From: Candidatus Woesearchaeota archaeon
Lineage (GTDB): Archaea; Nanobdellota; Nanobdellia; Pacearchaeales; GW2011-AR1
Length of the DNA: 36,907 bases
Direction of reading: 5' to 3'
Assembly (NCBI GenBank): GCA_964357655.1
Contig: CAYHMF010000001.1
Coordinates: 1-36,907 of the forward strand
Shown here: positions 17,873-26,509 of the stretch, piece after piece
How the letters are laid out: every line of letters starts with the position of its first letter
How positions within the stretch are numbered: position 1 is the stretch's first letter
Made by a program: the position numbers and the translations under genes
The notes under the pieces: generated by a model
Database searches by the model: none
What the model saw: the letters and a program-made list of their open reading frames with translations, nothing else
Told to the model about the DNA's origin: nothing

Positions 17873-18423
17873 AATTGATAACTAAGAGATTGATTCTTAG
17901 AAATTTGAATGTGAAAGACGCTAAAGATTTAGTTGATAATATAAATGATTTGGAGGTTTCGAAATATTTGGCAGTTGTTCCGCATCCTTATTTAATTAAA
18001 GATGCTAAATGGTATATTAATAAAACTATCAAAGATTCTAAGAGAAAGAATAGGGAAGATTATAATTTTGGGGTAGAACTAAAATCAGAAAAGAAAATTA
18101 TCGGATGTATTGGTTTACATAAAATTGATAAATTTAATAGTACGGCAGAAGTAGGTTATTGGTTAGGTAAAAAATATTGGAGGCGAGGAATTATGACTTA
18201 GGCAATGAGTGAATTAATTGATTTTGCTTTCAAGAAATTAAAATTGAGGAGATTAAATTTACCCGCTTATGTCGAGAATGTTGCTTCAAATGCGTTAGCC
18301 AAAAAATTGGGTTTTAAATTAGAGGGAACTTTAAGAAAATATCATAAAACAAAATCTACTGGAAGAATACATGATGCAAATATTTATGGTTTGCTGAGAG
18401 AAGAATGGGGGAGCCAAAAATGA
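17857..18423 (+). pseudogene. RimJ/RimL-type GNAT acetyltransferase interrupted by one in-frame TAG
   Basis: ORFs 17857-18201 and 18205-18423 are in the same frame. The sequence reads 'GYWLGKKYWRRGIMT*AMSELIDFAF', and the stop sits where this family normally has Glu. Confidence 0.7.
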
Positions 18424-18674
18424 TTTCTATTAAAACCAAAATTAATGGAAAATTAATCGGATACGCAGAAATTGTTAATCGAAAACATATCGAAGAAGAA
18501 ATTTATGAATATTCAGTGGAATATTATAGACCTAGAAAAAATCCTTCAGTAATTAGATTTAATCTTATTCATGATAGAAAGAAAGGGGCCGAAAACTTAA
18601 CAATACTTCTTTATGAACAATTGGATAAAGAATTGAAAAAAAATAATTTAATTATACATCGGATAAGAACCTAA
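18405..18674 (+). CDS. hypothetical protein
   Basis: 89-aa ORF overlapping both neighbours. No motif recognised. Confidence 0.35.
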   Translation: MGEPKMISIKTKINGKLIGYAEIVNRKHIEEEIYEYSVEYYRPRKNPSVIRFNLIHDRKKGAENLTILLYEQLDKELKKNNLIIHRIRT

Positions 18675-19505
18675 AACTTTGAGATATTTTAAATCAACAT
18701 TTTTTCTTATTTCTTTTAGGGCTCTCACAATTTTTATGTCTTTTCTATGCCCAATAATATCACAATAAAATGTAAATTCTTCAAGACTTCCGTCCTTAGG
18801 TATTGATTGAATGTAAGTCATACTTATTTTTTCTTTTTCTAATTCTTTTAAAAAACTATAAAGTAAACCTGCCCTTGTTGTAACTTTTCCTTTTTCTCCG
18901 TTTGCGAATTCAAATATTAATGTTGTTTTATCATTTCCCGTCGGGATATTGTCTTTTTTTCCAATCACTGCAAATTTTGTTTGGTTGTTATTTTTATCTT
19001 GGATTGCTTCTTCCAAAATAGTCAAATCGTAAATTTCTGCTGTTCTTTTAGGAATAATAACTGCTCTTGTTGGGTCGTTTAATTTTTTTATTTTTTCTGC
19101 GGCAGTAGCCGTCGAGTTTTCAGGGATTGTTTGAGCCCCAATTTCATTAATTTTTTTCATGCATTGTTCCAGTGCTTTGTCTTTTGAATGGATGAATTTT
19201 ATTTTTTTGATATTTATTTTGGAAATTGATGCTAAGCACATATCTATTTTTAGGATTTCTTCGTCGTAAATCATGAACTTTTTTTCCCTCAAATTTTGTA
19301 GAGTTTCGTTCACCCACGCTGCGCCTCCAGAAGAACTTAACAAAGGGACTATTGCCAAATCTATTTCCCCTTTTTCTATTCCAGTAAAACAACCACTTAT
19401 CGTCGTGTAAAATTTAAATTTGGACTTGAACTTCTTCCTTTTAAGATAATTGTGCCCTGCTTCTGCCGAGAATGTTCCGTCTGGTCCTAATAATCCAAAT
19501 TTCAT
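18648..19505 (-). CDS. pheA: prephenate dehydratase with C-terminal ACT domain
   Basis: 'LLGPDGTFSAEA' entry, 'NQTKFAVIG' (TRF-like motif), and an ACT-like C-terminus. Confidence 0.8.
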   Translation of the reverse strand: MKFGLLGPDGTFSAEAGHNYLKRKKFKSKFKFYTTISGCFTGIEKGEIDLAIVPLLSSSGGAAWVNETLQNLREKKFMIYDEEILKIDMCLASISKINIKKIKFIHSKDKALEQCMKKINEIGAQTIPENSTATAAEKIKKLNDPTRAVIIPKRTAEIYDLTILEEAIQDKNNNQTKFAVIGKKDNIPTGNDKTTLIFEFANGEKGKVTTRAGLLYSFLKELEKEKISMTYIQSIPKDGSLEEFTFYCDIIGHRKDIKIVRALKEIRKNVDLKYLKVLGSYPMYN

Positions 19506-19774
19506 TTTCCAATTATCTCTTTTTCTATTTTGTGAGAATTTTCTATAATTTTTTTGATAATATCTTCCACCAAATCTGGGTCAAGACCCAAATTTATAGC
19601 TAGTTTTCTTTTGCTTTCAATGATTTCTTTTTCTCTTTCAGGTTGATATCTTTGCAGATTGTTTTCTTTTTTATATTTTGCAACTTTTGGAATTAACTTT
19701 TGTCTCTTTGCTAGAATGCGAATTAACTCAGCATCATAATTATTAAGATATTCCCTGATTTCATCAAGTTCCAT
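19502..19774 (-). CDS. chorismate mutase (AroQ class)
   Basis: 90 aa. 'LDEIREYLNNYDAELIRILAKRQKL...PEREKEII' is the typical AroQ helix pattern. ATGA-type overlap with pheA. Confidence 0.75.
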   Translation of the reverse strand: MELDEIREYLNNYDAELIRILAKRQKLIPKVAKYKKENNLQRYQPEREKEIIESKRKLAINLGLDPDLVEDIIKKIIENSHKIEKEIIGK

Positions 19775-19945
19775 TTTTGTTTTCCAGCGATTTAATTATT
19801 GAAGAATTTTGGATATTTTGCGAAGAGTTATCACTGGGGATTAAAAAGACAACCAGTGCTTTTTTGCACCTTAGCCCCAAGAGATATTTTTTTCATAAAA
19901 ATTAGTATGTTTGGAAGTTTTTAAATCTTTGGAGGATTGAAAAGT

Positions 19946-19953
19946 TTTATAAA
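19946..19953 (+). promoter_or_regulatory. TATA-like box (tttataaa)
   Basis: 22 nt upstream of the ATG at 19975, with gaaaag just upstream. Confidence 0.5.
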
Positions 19954-19974
19954 CAAATTTTAAAGTATCTAATT

Positions 19975-20487
19975 ATGAATTCGCAGTTTTATCTTAAGAA
20001 ATTGGAAAAATCCAAAGAACTTCAGGAATTTTTGAAGGGGAATCCAAAAGCCTTTTTGTGTTCTGGTTTTTTTGTTATAGATAATGAAGGCAAAGATAAC
20101 CAAGTTCACTTTGATTATTATGTTCCCGACAAAAGAGAATTATTTAGTTTTCAGCTTGAGGGAGAAATAAAAAAAGCGCGTGTCGATATTTTGGATGATA
20201 AGTGGATTCCTGAAAAAGTTTCAAATTATAATTTTGAATTTGAGGATGTTGAGGAATTGATTGTTGAAAAAATGAAAGAGGAAAAACTGAAAAACAAGTT
20301 GCAGAAAATTCTTTTGTCCTTGCAGAAAATAAAACCCGAGGGGGAAAGCGAAAGCAAGAATTATCTTATTGGAACAGTTTTTATTTCAGGACTTGGAATG
20401 ATTAAAGTTCACATTGATTTGAAAGAAATGAAAATAGTTTTGTTCGAGAAGAAATCTGTTTTCGACATGGTTAAAAGAGTTAAGTAA
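19975..20487 (+). CDS. hypothetical protein
   Basis: 170-aa ORF with a correctly spaced TATA box. Confidence 0.5.
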   Translation: MNSQFYLKKLEKSKELQEFLKGNPKAFLCSGFFVIDNEGKDNQVHFDYYVPDKRELFSFQLEGEIKKARVDILDDKWIPEKVSNYNFEFEDVEELIVEKMKEEKLKNKLQKILLSLQKIKPEGESESKNYLIGTVFISGLGMIKVHIDLKEMKIVLFEKKSVFDMVKRVK

Positions 20488-20532
20488 AACTTGGATAACA
20501 ATATTTAAAAATGAATGTTTTGATAATATTTG

Positions 20533-20862
20533 ATGGACGAAGAATTAACTAATATATCTTTTGGAGGAATAAACAATTTCGATTTTACTAAATTTTCTAA
20601 ATCATCCCTAGTTGAACTTGGAGAATTGTACGCAAAAGTTGAAAATAGCAATAGTTGGAGGAAATTGTTAATTGATTATCCTGGAGTGAAAGTGGAATTA
20701 GAGGAATATAATTTATTGCCACATGACCCCACGAATAAATTATTAAGCTGGGTTAATGATTATTTGAACGAGCAAAATTTATATTTAACAAATGTGGAGT
20801 ATTCTCCAGCGAATTTTTTATCCGATGCTTCAATTAAAGGAAAAATTCATAGAATTGATTGA
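20533..20862 (+). CDS. hypothetical protein
   Basis: ATG 20533 is preferred over TTG 20530 because the TATA-like tttaaaaa ends at 20511, 22 nt upstream. Confidence 0.45.
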   Translation: MDEELTNISFGGINNFDFTKFSKSSLVELGELYAKVENSNSWRKLLIDYPGVKVELEEYNLLPHDPTNKLLSWVNDYLNEQNLYLTNVEYSPANFLSDASIKGKIHRID

Positions 20863-20884
20863 TTCTTTTCTGAAATAAACTTTT

Positions 20885-21610
20885 TTATTTTTGAGCGATA
20901 AAATTAATCATCATTTCTGAATTGTGCGTACTTTTGATTTTAAATCCGGCGTCTTTAAACAAATCGTGAATTTCTTTTTCTTCATAAAAGTAATAATATC
21001 TTAGTCCTTTATCTGTCCATCTAATGTATTTTTCTTTTTTAGAATTCTTGAATCTTTTTGATTTGAAGTTCCAGACACCAATATCTGTTTCTGCTCCAGG
21101 TTTTAAAACCCTGAATAATTCTTCGATTACTTTTTTACGATTTTCTTCTCCGTGGATGCATGTGAGAACAGCTATGCAGATTGCAGAATCAAAATAATTG
21201 TCTTCAAAAGGAAGTTTTGCGATATCTGCCACAAAAAATTCTGCTTCGATATTTAATTTTTTTGCTCTTTTTTTGGCTAGTTTAATCATCTCTTTTGAAA
21301 AATCTACAAGATGCATTTTTCCTTTTGTTTTAAGATTAATTAAGTGTCTTCCACTTCCACTTCCCAAATCAAGAATATTTCCTTTTTTATTTTTAAGAAA
21401 TTCTAAAACATGTTCTGCAGGGGTTGTTTTAAATTCTGTCCATTCAGACGCAATCGCATCCCATATTTCTTTTTGATTCTTTGGAGAAGTTTGAATAATT
21501 CCTATTCCTTGCTTTTTCGAAGGAATTTTCAAAGTGCTCTGTATGAGAATTTTGCGATTCTTTGAATTTTGCAAAGTTCTCTTTACTAATTTCTTTTCAA
21601 TATTTTCCAT
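20885..21610 (-). CDS. class I SAM-dependent methyltransferase with an R1-encoded N-terminal extension
   Basis: Motif I 'ILDLGSGSGRH' and post-I 'VDFS'. The first ~45 aa are nearly identical to the TrpRS N-terminus. Confidence 0.8.
   Translation of the reverse strand: MENIEKKLVKRTLQNSKNRKILIQSTLKIPSKKQGIGIIQTSPKNQKEIWDAIASEWTEFKTTPAEHVLEFLKNKKGNILDLGSGSGRHLINLKTKGKMHLVDFSKEMIKLAKKRAKKLNIEAEFFVADIAKLPFEDNYFDSAICIAVLTCIHGEENRKKVIEELFRVLKPGAETDIGVWNFKSKRFKNSKKEKYIRWTDKGLRYYYFYEEKEIHDLFKDAGFKIKSTHNSEMMINFIAQK
21479..21582 (-). repeat. R1 copy B
   Basis: 97/104 identity to 5818-5921 in the sense orientation of its host gene. Confidence 0.9.
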
Positions 21611-21698
21611 AAATTACTAATAAGTAATTCTTTTATAAGGATTTTTGTATTTGAATAGCTATCTTGAAATTAGAACATCAAATTAGAGAATATAAATA

Positions 21699-21706
21699 TT
21701 TATTAA
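21699..21706 (+). promoter_or_regulatory. TATA-like box (tttattaa)
   Basis: 22 nt upstream of the ATG at 21728. The surrounding 16-mer ataaatatttattaaa recurs at about 22365-22380. Confidence 0.4.
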
Positions 21707-21727
21707 ACGTTAAATGGTATAATTTGG

Positions 21728-22045
21728 ATGTTTGATAAGTATGGGCAAAAAAAAGAAATTGTAGAGTTGCGTGAAAAATTTTTAGAAAATAACGTGCTTG
21801 TAGGTTCTTTAATTGCGTGTGCTGTAAAAGAAGACCATCTTTCTTTATCAGAAATAGAGGAATTTATTTCTCAATATAATCTACTTCACGAAATTGTGAT
21901 TAAGACAAGTGAATATAATAAATTTTATGTTGATGAAGATATGATGAACGAAGAAAAAATGTTAGTCTCTTGTTTTGAGGAAGCGAAGTCAGGATTAGCA
22001 AAATTAATTTACAATATTTATAGACAAAATGTCAAACAAAATTGA
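21728..22045 (+). CDS. small helical protein, paralog 1 of a tandem triplet
   Basis: Shares 'Y.LLHE......YN..Y.D......E......C......L' with the next two ORFs. Confidence 0.5.
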   Translation: MFDKYGQKKEIVELREKFLENNVLVGSLIACAVKEDHLSLSEIEEFISQYNLLHEIVIKTSEYNKFYVDEDMMNEEKMLVSCFEEAKSGLAKLIYNIYRQNVKQN

Positions 22046-22352
22046 TGAAGATATAGAAAAAAATAAAATCCTAGTTTTGATTTATGATTATTATTCAAGT
22101 AAAAAGACTATTGAATCAATGCTTCAAATAGCAATAGATAAAATGAGCAAAAATGAGGATTATGCTCTTGATATTAAGTTATGTAGGAAGTCGTATAAAT
22201 TGCTTCAAGAAGCTGTAACGCGAGCCAAGAGGTATAATAAAGTTTATTCTGATACAAGAATTAAAAATATTGAAAGTACGATGAGTCTTTGTTTGGACGG
22301 TGAGAAAAAGATATTGGAAGATGTAACATATGTTTTTGAGCATAAAAATTAA
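22029..22352 (+). CDS. small helical protein, paralog 2
   Basis: 'SYKLLQEAVTRAKRYNKVYSDTRIKNIESTMSLCLDGEKKILEDV' aligns with paralog 3. Overlaps paralog 1 by 17 nt. Confidence 0.5.
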   Translation: MSNKIDEDIEKNKILVLIYDYYSSKKTIESMLQIAIDKMSKNEDYALDIKLCRKSYKLLQEAVTRAKRYNKVYSDTRIKNIESTMSLCLDGEKKILEDVTYVFEHKN

Positions 22353-22380
22353 AAGAAAAGAAACAATAAATATTTATTAA

Positions 22381-22716
22381 ATGTCTAATTATAAAACAAA
22401 AGAAAAAGAGAGGATTTTGAATTTATTAAATGAACATTTTGATAACGAGGTTATTGTGAAATTATCCTTGAAAGCAGTGCTAAATAACAAAAATGATAGT
22501 CGTATTTCACAATTTGATATTGATTTATCTTGGGGTTCATATGATCTCCTCCATGAAGTTTTTACGAGTACCAAAAAATATAACGAGGATTATTCTGATT
22601 TGAAAATGCAAGAGGTTGAAAAAGAAACAAGGTCTTGTTTAGCGGGGTCAAGAGAAATATTGGAAAATTTAATTTCTGCTCTAGAAATTAAGAAGTTAAG
22701 AGAAAAGAAACAATAA
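22381..22716 (+). CDS. small helical protein, paralog 3
   Basis: 'SYDLLHEVFTSTKKYNEDYSDLKMQEVEKETRSCLAGSREILENL'. Confidence 0.5.
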   Translation: MSNYKTKEKERILNLLNEHFDNEVIVKLSLKAVLNNKNDSRISQFDIDLSWGSYDLLHEVFTSTKKYNEDYSDLKMQEVEKETRSCLAGSREILENLISALEIKKLREKKQ

Positions 22717-22717
22717 A

Positions 22718-22725
22718 ATTATAAA
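22718..22725 (+). promoter_or_regulatory. TATA-like box (attataaa)
   Basis: 22 nt upstream of the elp3 ATG at 22747. Confidence 0.45.
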
Positions 22726-22746
22726 CTTCCTCCTCTTTTTTTTATT

Positions 22747-24159
22747 ATGCTACCGCCTAAATTTGGGGAAGTGAGAAAACCGACGAAAACCATTTCAGGA
22801 ATTACTCCGGTCGCTGTTATGCTCCCCCCACGCAAGTGTGAACATGGTGCTTGTTTGTATTGTCCTTCGTTGGATGTTCCTCAGAGTTATACCCCAAAGA
22901 GTCCGGTTGTGATGAGAGCAAGTGAAGTTGGTTATGATTCTTATGAGCAGGTTGTTGGAAGACTGAAGGCGTTCAAGGCGATGAATCATCCGACGGAAAA
23001 AATTGAGTTGATAATTATGGGGGGGACTTTTTTAGAGTATGCCGAGGATTTTCAGGAAAATTTTGTGAAGGGTTGTTATGATGCGTTGAACGATAAAAAA
23101 TCCGAGACGCTTAAACAAGCGCAAGAATTAAACGAGAATTCTAAATCAAGATGTGTTGCTCTTTGTATTGAGACTCGACCTGATGTTTGCTCAAAGTTTA
23201 TTGGTAGGATGATGAAGCTTGGTTGCACGCGTGTTGAACTTGGCGTGCAAATTATCGACGACGAAATTTACCAAAATATCAAACGAGGGCACACTGTCAA
23301 AGATGTTGTCGACGCGACGAGGAATTTGAAGAACGCTGGGTTTAAAGTTGGCTATCACATAATGCCTGGCTTACCTGGAAGCAATTTGAAAAAAGATTTG
23401 GTGCTATTCAATAAGCTTTTTTCCGACGAGAATTTTAAACCAGACCAATTGAAAATTTATCCGTGCCAAGTCGTTCGCGGAGCAGAACTTGAGAAATTTT
23501 ACTGGGATAAAAAATACGAACCTTATAATAAAGAACAGACAGAGAAAATTATTATTGATATGTTGAAAAATACTCCGAGGTATTGCAGAGTTATGAGAGT
23601 GATGAGGGAAATTCCTCCCGAGTATCTTGTTGCAGGAACAATTCATATTGATTTAAGAAAAGATATTGAAAAAGAGCTTAGGAAAAAGGATACAAAATTG
23701 GAAGAGATTCGTTATCGAGAAATTGGTTTTGCGATGCAAGCAGGCGGAGAAATAAATGGTGATTTGAGTTTGAAAATTATGAGATACGACGCGAGTGGGG
23801 GGGAGGAATATTTTTTAGAGATTGTGAATAAAGATGATATTTTGTTTGGATTGTTGAGGTTGAGGATTTTTGAAGAAGAGACAGATTCACAAGTTCATGA
23901 TATTAGTGGATCAAAAAAACAAGCAATAATTCGGGAACTTCATGTTTATGGTAAGAGTTTAAAGTTGGGAGAAAAATCTTCGAAGGCGTTTCAGCATCAA
24001 GGAATTGGAAAATGGTTGCTTGGTTCTGCTGAAGAAATTGTTAAAAGTAGGGAGATTAAAAAATTAAAAGTTATTAGCGGGGTTGGGGTTAGAAATTATT
24101 ACAGAAATCTTGGATATGAATTGGACGACGAGGGGTATGTTGTTAAGATGTTTGATTGA
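22747..24159 (+). CDS. elp3: Elp3-type radical SAM/GNAT tRNA uridine(34) modification enzyme
   Basis: Radical-SAM cysteine cluster 'CEHGACLYCPS', 'ELIIMGGTF', 'RVELGVQ', and a C-terminal GNAT 'HQGIGKWLL'. Confidence 0.85.
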   Translation: MLPPKFGEVRKPTKTISGITPVAVMLPPRKCEHGACLYCPSLDVPQSYTPKSPVVMRASEVGYDSYEQVVGRLKAFKAMNHPTEKIELIIMGGTFLEYAEDFQENFVKGCYDALNDKKSETLKQAQELNENSKSRCVALCIETRPDVCSKFIGRMMKLGCTRVELGVQIIDDEIYQNIKRGHTVKDVVDATRNLKNAGFKVGYHIMPGLPGSNLKKDLVLFNKLFSDENFKPDQLKIYPCQVVRGAELEKFYWDKKYEPYNKEQTEKIIIDMLKNTPRYCRVMRVMREIPPEYLVAGTIHIDLRKDIEKELRKKDTKLEEIRYREIGFAMQAGGEINGDLSLKIMRYDASGGEEYFLEIVNKDDILFGLLRLRIFEEETDSQVHDISGSKKQAIIRELHVYGKSLKLGEKSSKAFQHQGIGKWLLGSAEEIVKSREIKKLKVISGVGVRNYYRNLGYELDDEGYVVKMFD

Positions 24160-24163
24160 AAGT

Positions 24164-24499
24164 TTAATTGCAAACATATTTTTCCCAAAGATAATCAACA
24201 AATTTTTTGTTTTTTTTGCAGAATGCCAATGCTTTATCTTCGGTTTCTCCTTCTGATATTTCGATTCCTTCCAAATCATTATTAATATGCACAAGTTCAT
24301 GAATAAGTGTAGTTTTTCCGCATTCAACCCCGCGAGTTTTATTTAGTCGAATAATATACCGACGACCATTTTCATCTGGGTGGTGTTTATCCCAATTACC
24401 GCAATCATAATTAAATGGCCATTGTTTAGGAATAATTGCACTAACATGTTTTTTTATAATTATCTCATACAAACTTTTTTTTTGTTGCATAAAGAGCAA
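24164..24499 (-). CDS. small putative zinc metallopeptidase (HExxH)
   Basis: 111 aa. 'TLIHELVHI' is the only recognisable motif. Confidence 0.45.
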   Translation of the reverse strand: MLFMQQKKSLYEIIIKKHVSAIIPKQWPFNYDCGNWDKHHPDENGRRYIIRLNKTRGVECGKTTLIHELVHINNDLEGIEISEGETEDKALAFCKKNKKFVDYLWEKYVCN

Positions 24500-24538
24500 T
24501 AATTTAAAGATTTATTAATCTTTCTGCCACTATTTTCT

Positions 24539-25387
24539 TCAAACCTGTATTTTTCCTGCTTGCAATTCTTTTAAGACGTGCCTCGCGGTTTTGTCTTCGT
24601 CAACTAAGTTTCCTTTTTTCATAAAACCTTTTTGTTTTCCAAGTTCTTCAATAAGTATTTCTGAATTTCCTTTCGCATCTATATCATAAAATTTTTCAAA
24701 TACTCCAGGAAATTCTTGCATTAAATTTGCAACAACAATATCTGGCTCTTTAACCTGGCTATAACTTCTTGCTCCAAGTTTTGTGTGGCTCGCAATTAAT
24801 TTCTGTTCTATGTTGGAATATTCTTCTCTCGGTATAACCCCCGGGCTGTCAAGGAGGACAATTTCTGGAGTGAGTTTTATTTTTTGTATCCCTTTTGTGA
24901 ATCCTGCTTCTGCCCCTGTTCCCGCGATGCTTTTTCCGACGAGCAAATTAATTATAGAACTTTTTCCAGTGTTTGGGTATCCAATTACCCCAACAGATAT
25001 TTTATTTGCTTCTAAAGGGAATTCAATTTTTTTGGCTTCTATTTTTATTCTATCTCGAAGTTCTTTGATTCCTTTTCTTTCTGTACAAGAAGTAAAAACA
25101 TAGGGATATAATTTTTTGAGATTTGTTTTTTTAATTTTTTTAATGTCTGCGATGTCGGCTTTGTTAAGCACGTAAATTATTTTTTTACTTTTCTTTTTAA
25201 TTTCTTCTTCGATTTTTTCGTTCTGTGTTTCATTTGCGAACCTCGCTTCAAGAATTTCAAGAATTATATCCGAATTTTGTATAATCTTATCTAAAAGATC
25301 AGGATATTTCGGTCTTTGCTTTCTCATATTTTTTCCAGCTCTCGCTCTTCCGGTTTTCCTCGACGAATAAGTATAGCGAACTCTCAT
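24539..25387 (-). CDS. circularly permuted ribosome-biogenesis-type GTPase (YlqF/RbgA/Nug-like)
   Basis: G4 'LNKADI' precedes G1 'GYPNTGKSS' and G3 'DSPG'. Confidence 0.8.
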   Translation of the reverse strand: MRVRYTYSSRKTGRARAGKNMRKQRPKYPDLLDKIIQNSDIILEILEARFANETQNEKIEEEIKKKSKKIIYVLNKADIADIKKIKKTNLKKLYPYVFTSCTERKGIKELRDRIKIEAKKIEFPLEANKISVGVIGYPNTGKSSIINLLVGKSIAGTGAEAGFTKGIQKIKLTPEIVLLDSPGVIPREEYSNIEQKLIASHTKLGARSYSQVKEPDIVVANLMQEFPGVFEKFYDIDAKGNSEILIEELGKQKGFMKKGNLVDEDKTARHVLKELQAGKIQV

Positions 25388-25408
25388 GAAAAATTAAGGA
25401 ATGAGAAG

Positions 25409-25416
25409 TTTATAAA
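25409..25416 (-). promoter_or_regulatory. TATA-like box (palindromic tttataaa)
   Basis: 22 nt upstream of the minus-strand ATG at 25387. Confidence 0.45.
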
Positions 25417-25433
25417 TCTGTAGAAGTAAAAAA

Positions 25434-25721
25434 TTATTTTTTATTGGCAGGGGATTTTGTTCCCGATTTTGCCTCTTCAATTTCTGAGGGGGTTGCTTCT
25501 TTGTCGTGTAAATGAGAGTAAGTTCCATTAAGATGAAAACTTTTTCTTTTTCTTTGGTTTCCCGGAACGATTAAATCCGCATCAATTAGGGCTAAATCTG
25601 CCGAGTTTCCAAAGAGTCTAAAATCTTTGACAATATACACTTCTCCTTGGTTAGAAACGAATGCTTTATCTTTTGCACCTTCTTTAAGCATGTAATCTTT
25701 CAAAAGTTTTTTTTCTATCAT
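25434..25721 (-). CDS. hypothetical protein
   Basis: 95-aa ORF. No motif recognised. Confidence 0.4.
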   Translation of the reverse strand: MIEKKLLKDYMLKEGAKDKAFVSNQGEVYIVKDFRLFGNSADLALIDADLIVPGNQRKRKSFHLNGTYSHLHDKEATPSEIEEAKSGTKSPANKK

Positions 25722-25753
25722 AAAATTTTATTTATTTTATATTATTTAAATAT

Positions 25754-26005
25754 TTATTTGTTATAAATGTTTTTGCGATGTCCAACTTTCAAAATAATAA
25801 TTGTTTCTTTTTCAATAGAAAATATAATTCTATAATCTCCAACTCGTAATCTAAAATATTCGTAGTCTTTTAATCTTTTTATATCTTTAGAAAAAGGATT
25901 ATCGGATAATTCTTCTACTTTTTTTACAATTCTTCTGGAGACGCTTGGTTCAAGTTTGTTTAAAGAATCGTGAGCTTTTTCATCCCAAATTATTTTGAAT
26001 GGCAT
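25754..26005 (-). CDS. type II toxin-antitoxin system RelE/ParE-family toxin
   Basis: 83 aa. 'KDYEYFRLRVGDYRIIFSIEKETIIILKVGHRKNIY' is the typical family C-terminus. 1-nt overlap with the upstream small gene. Confidence 0.8.
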   Translation of the reverse strand: MPFKIIWDEKAHDSLNKLEPSVSRRIVKKVEELSDNPFSKDIKRLKDYEYFRLRVGDYRIIFSIEKETIIILKVGHRKNIYNK

Positions 26006-26223
26006 TATAATCTAAGCCCTTTTTTAACTTCTTCATGCGTAATGAATTTCCCAGTCTTCACTCTTTTTCTTGCTTCTTCTATCTCTTTTTTTGTTTTTTC
26101 ATTTAATTCTAAATCATCTTCAATCATTCTTTCTATAATTTCATTATATGTTTCTCTTTCCATCATTTTCATTTTATCTAGAACTAATTTTACATTATCT
26201 GATATTTGGATTGTTGTCGCCAT
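26005..26223 (-). CDS. putative antitoxin
   Basis: 72 aa, directly upstream of and overlapping the RelE-like gene. Confidence 0.6.
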   Translation of the reverse strand: MATTIQISDNVKLVLDKMKMMERETYNEIIERMIEDDLELNEKTKKEIEEARKRVKTGKFITHEEVKKGLRL

Positions 26224-26346
26224 TTTATATTCCTTTATAATTTATTATAACCGGCTATAGTATTTAAAACTTTCGTCATTTTGGTCATATAAAATGAGAC
26301 TCCGAACATAGGAACTATTTATTTGAATTGGTGCTAAAAATAGTTG

Positions 26347-26369
26347 AAACGCCCCGTCCGAGATTCGAA
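26347..26369 (-). repeat. 23-nt exact copy of the 3' end of tRNA-Glu (T-loop, 3' T-stem, 3' acceptor strand plus 3 flanking nt)
   Basis: aaacgccccgtccgagattcgaa occurs at 26347-26369 and at 26507-26529. A further 12-nt resemblance to the T-stem/variable region lies at 26422-26433. Confidence 0.85.
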
Positions 26370-26509
26370 GCAAATTTCTTCGAAATTTTCATTAATCAAT
26401 TTTTCGCGAAAAAATTAATTAAACTCGGATTATCGCTTCGAGCGAAAAATCTTTTTGAATTTAACGTATTAGAATCTTGAGAATAAAATCCCCTCTTCGA
26501 TGGTATAAA

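Noticed and set aside
18199-18201. TAG reassignment or readthrough as a genome-wide property.
   Set aside because: TAG is used as an ordinary terminator elsewhere in the window, for example at 466-468 and 5789-5791. A point-mutation pseudogene is the simpler reading.
19832-19866. Hairpin cactgg-(15 nt)-ccagtg followed by cttttttg, which looks like an intrinsic terminator.
   Set aside because: It lies between two divergently transcribed genes, so there is nothing upstream to terminate. The loop is large and the stem is only 6 bp. It is probably fortuitous or part of the promoter region.
26347-26506. A second intron-rich or split tRNA-Glu gene downstream of the intact one.
   Set aside because: There is no 5' acceptor strand (GCCCCGT), D-arm or 7-nt anticodon loop anywhere in the 160 nt. 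Only the 3' terminal 20 nt and a short T-stem-like piece are present. The GC-rich leader expected of split-tRNA halves is absent.
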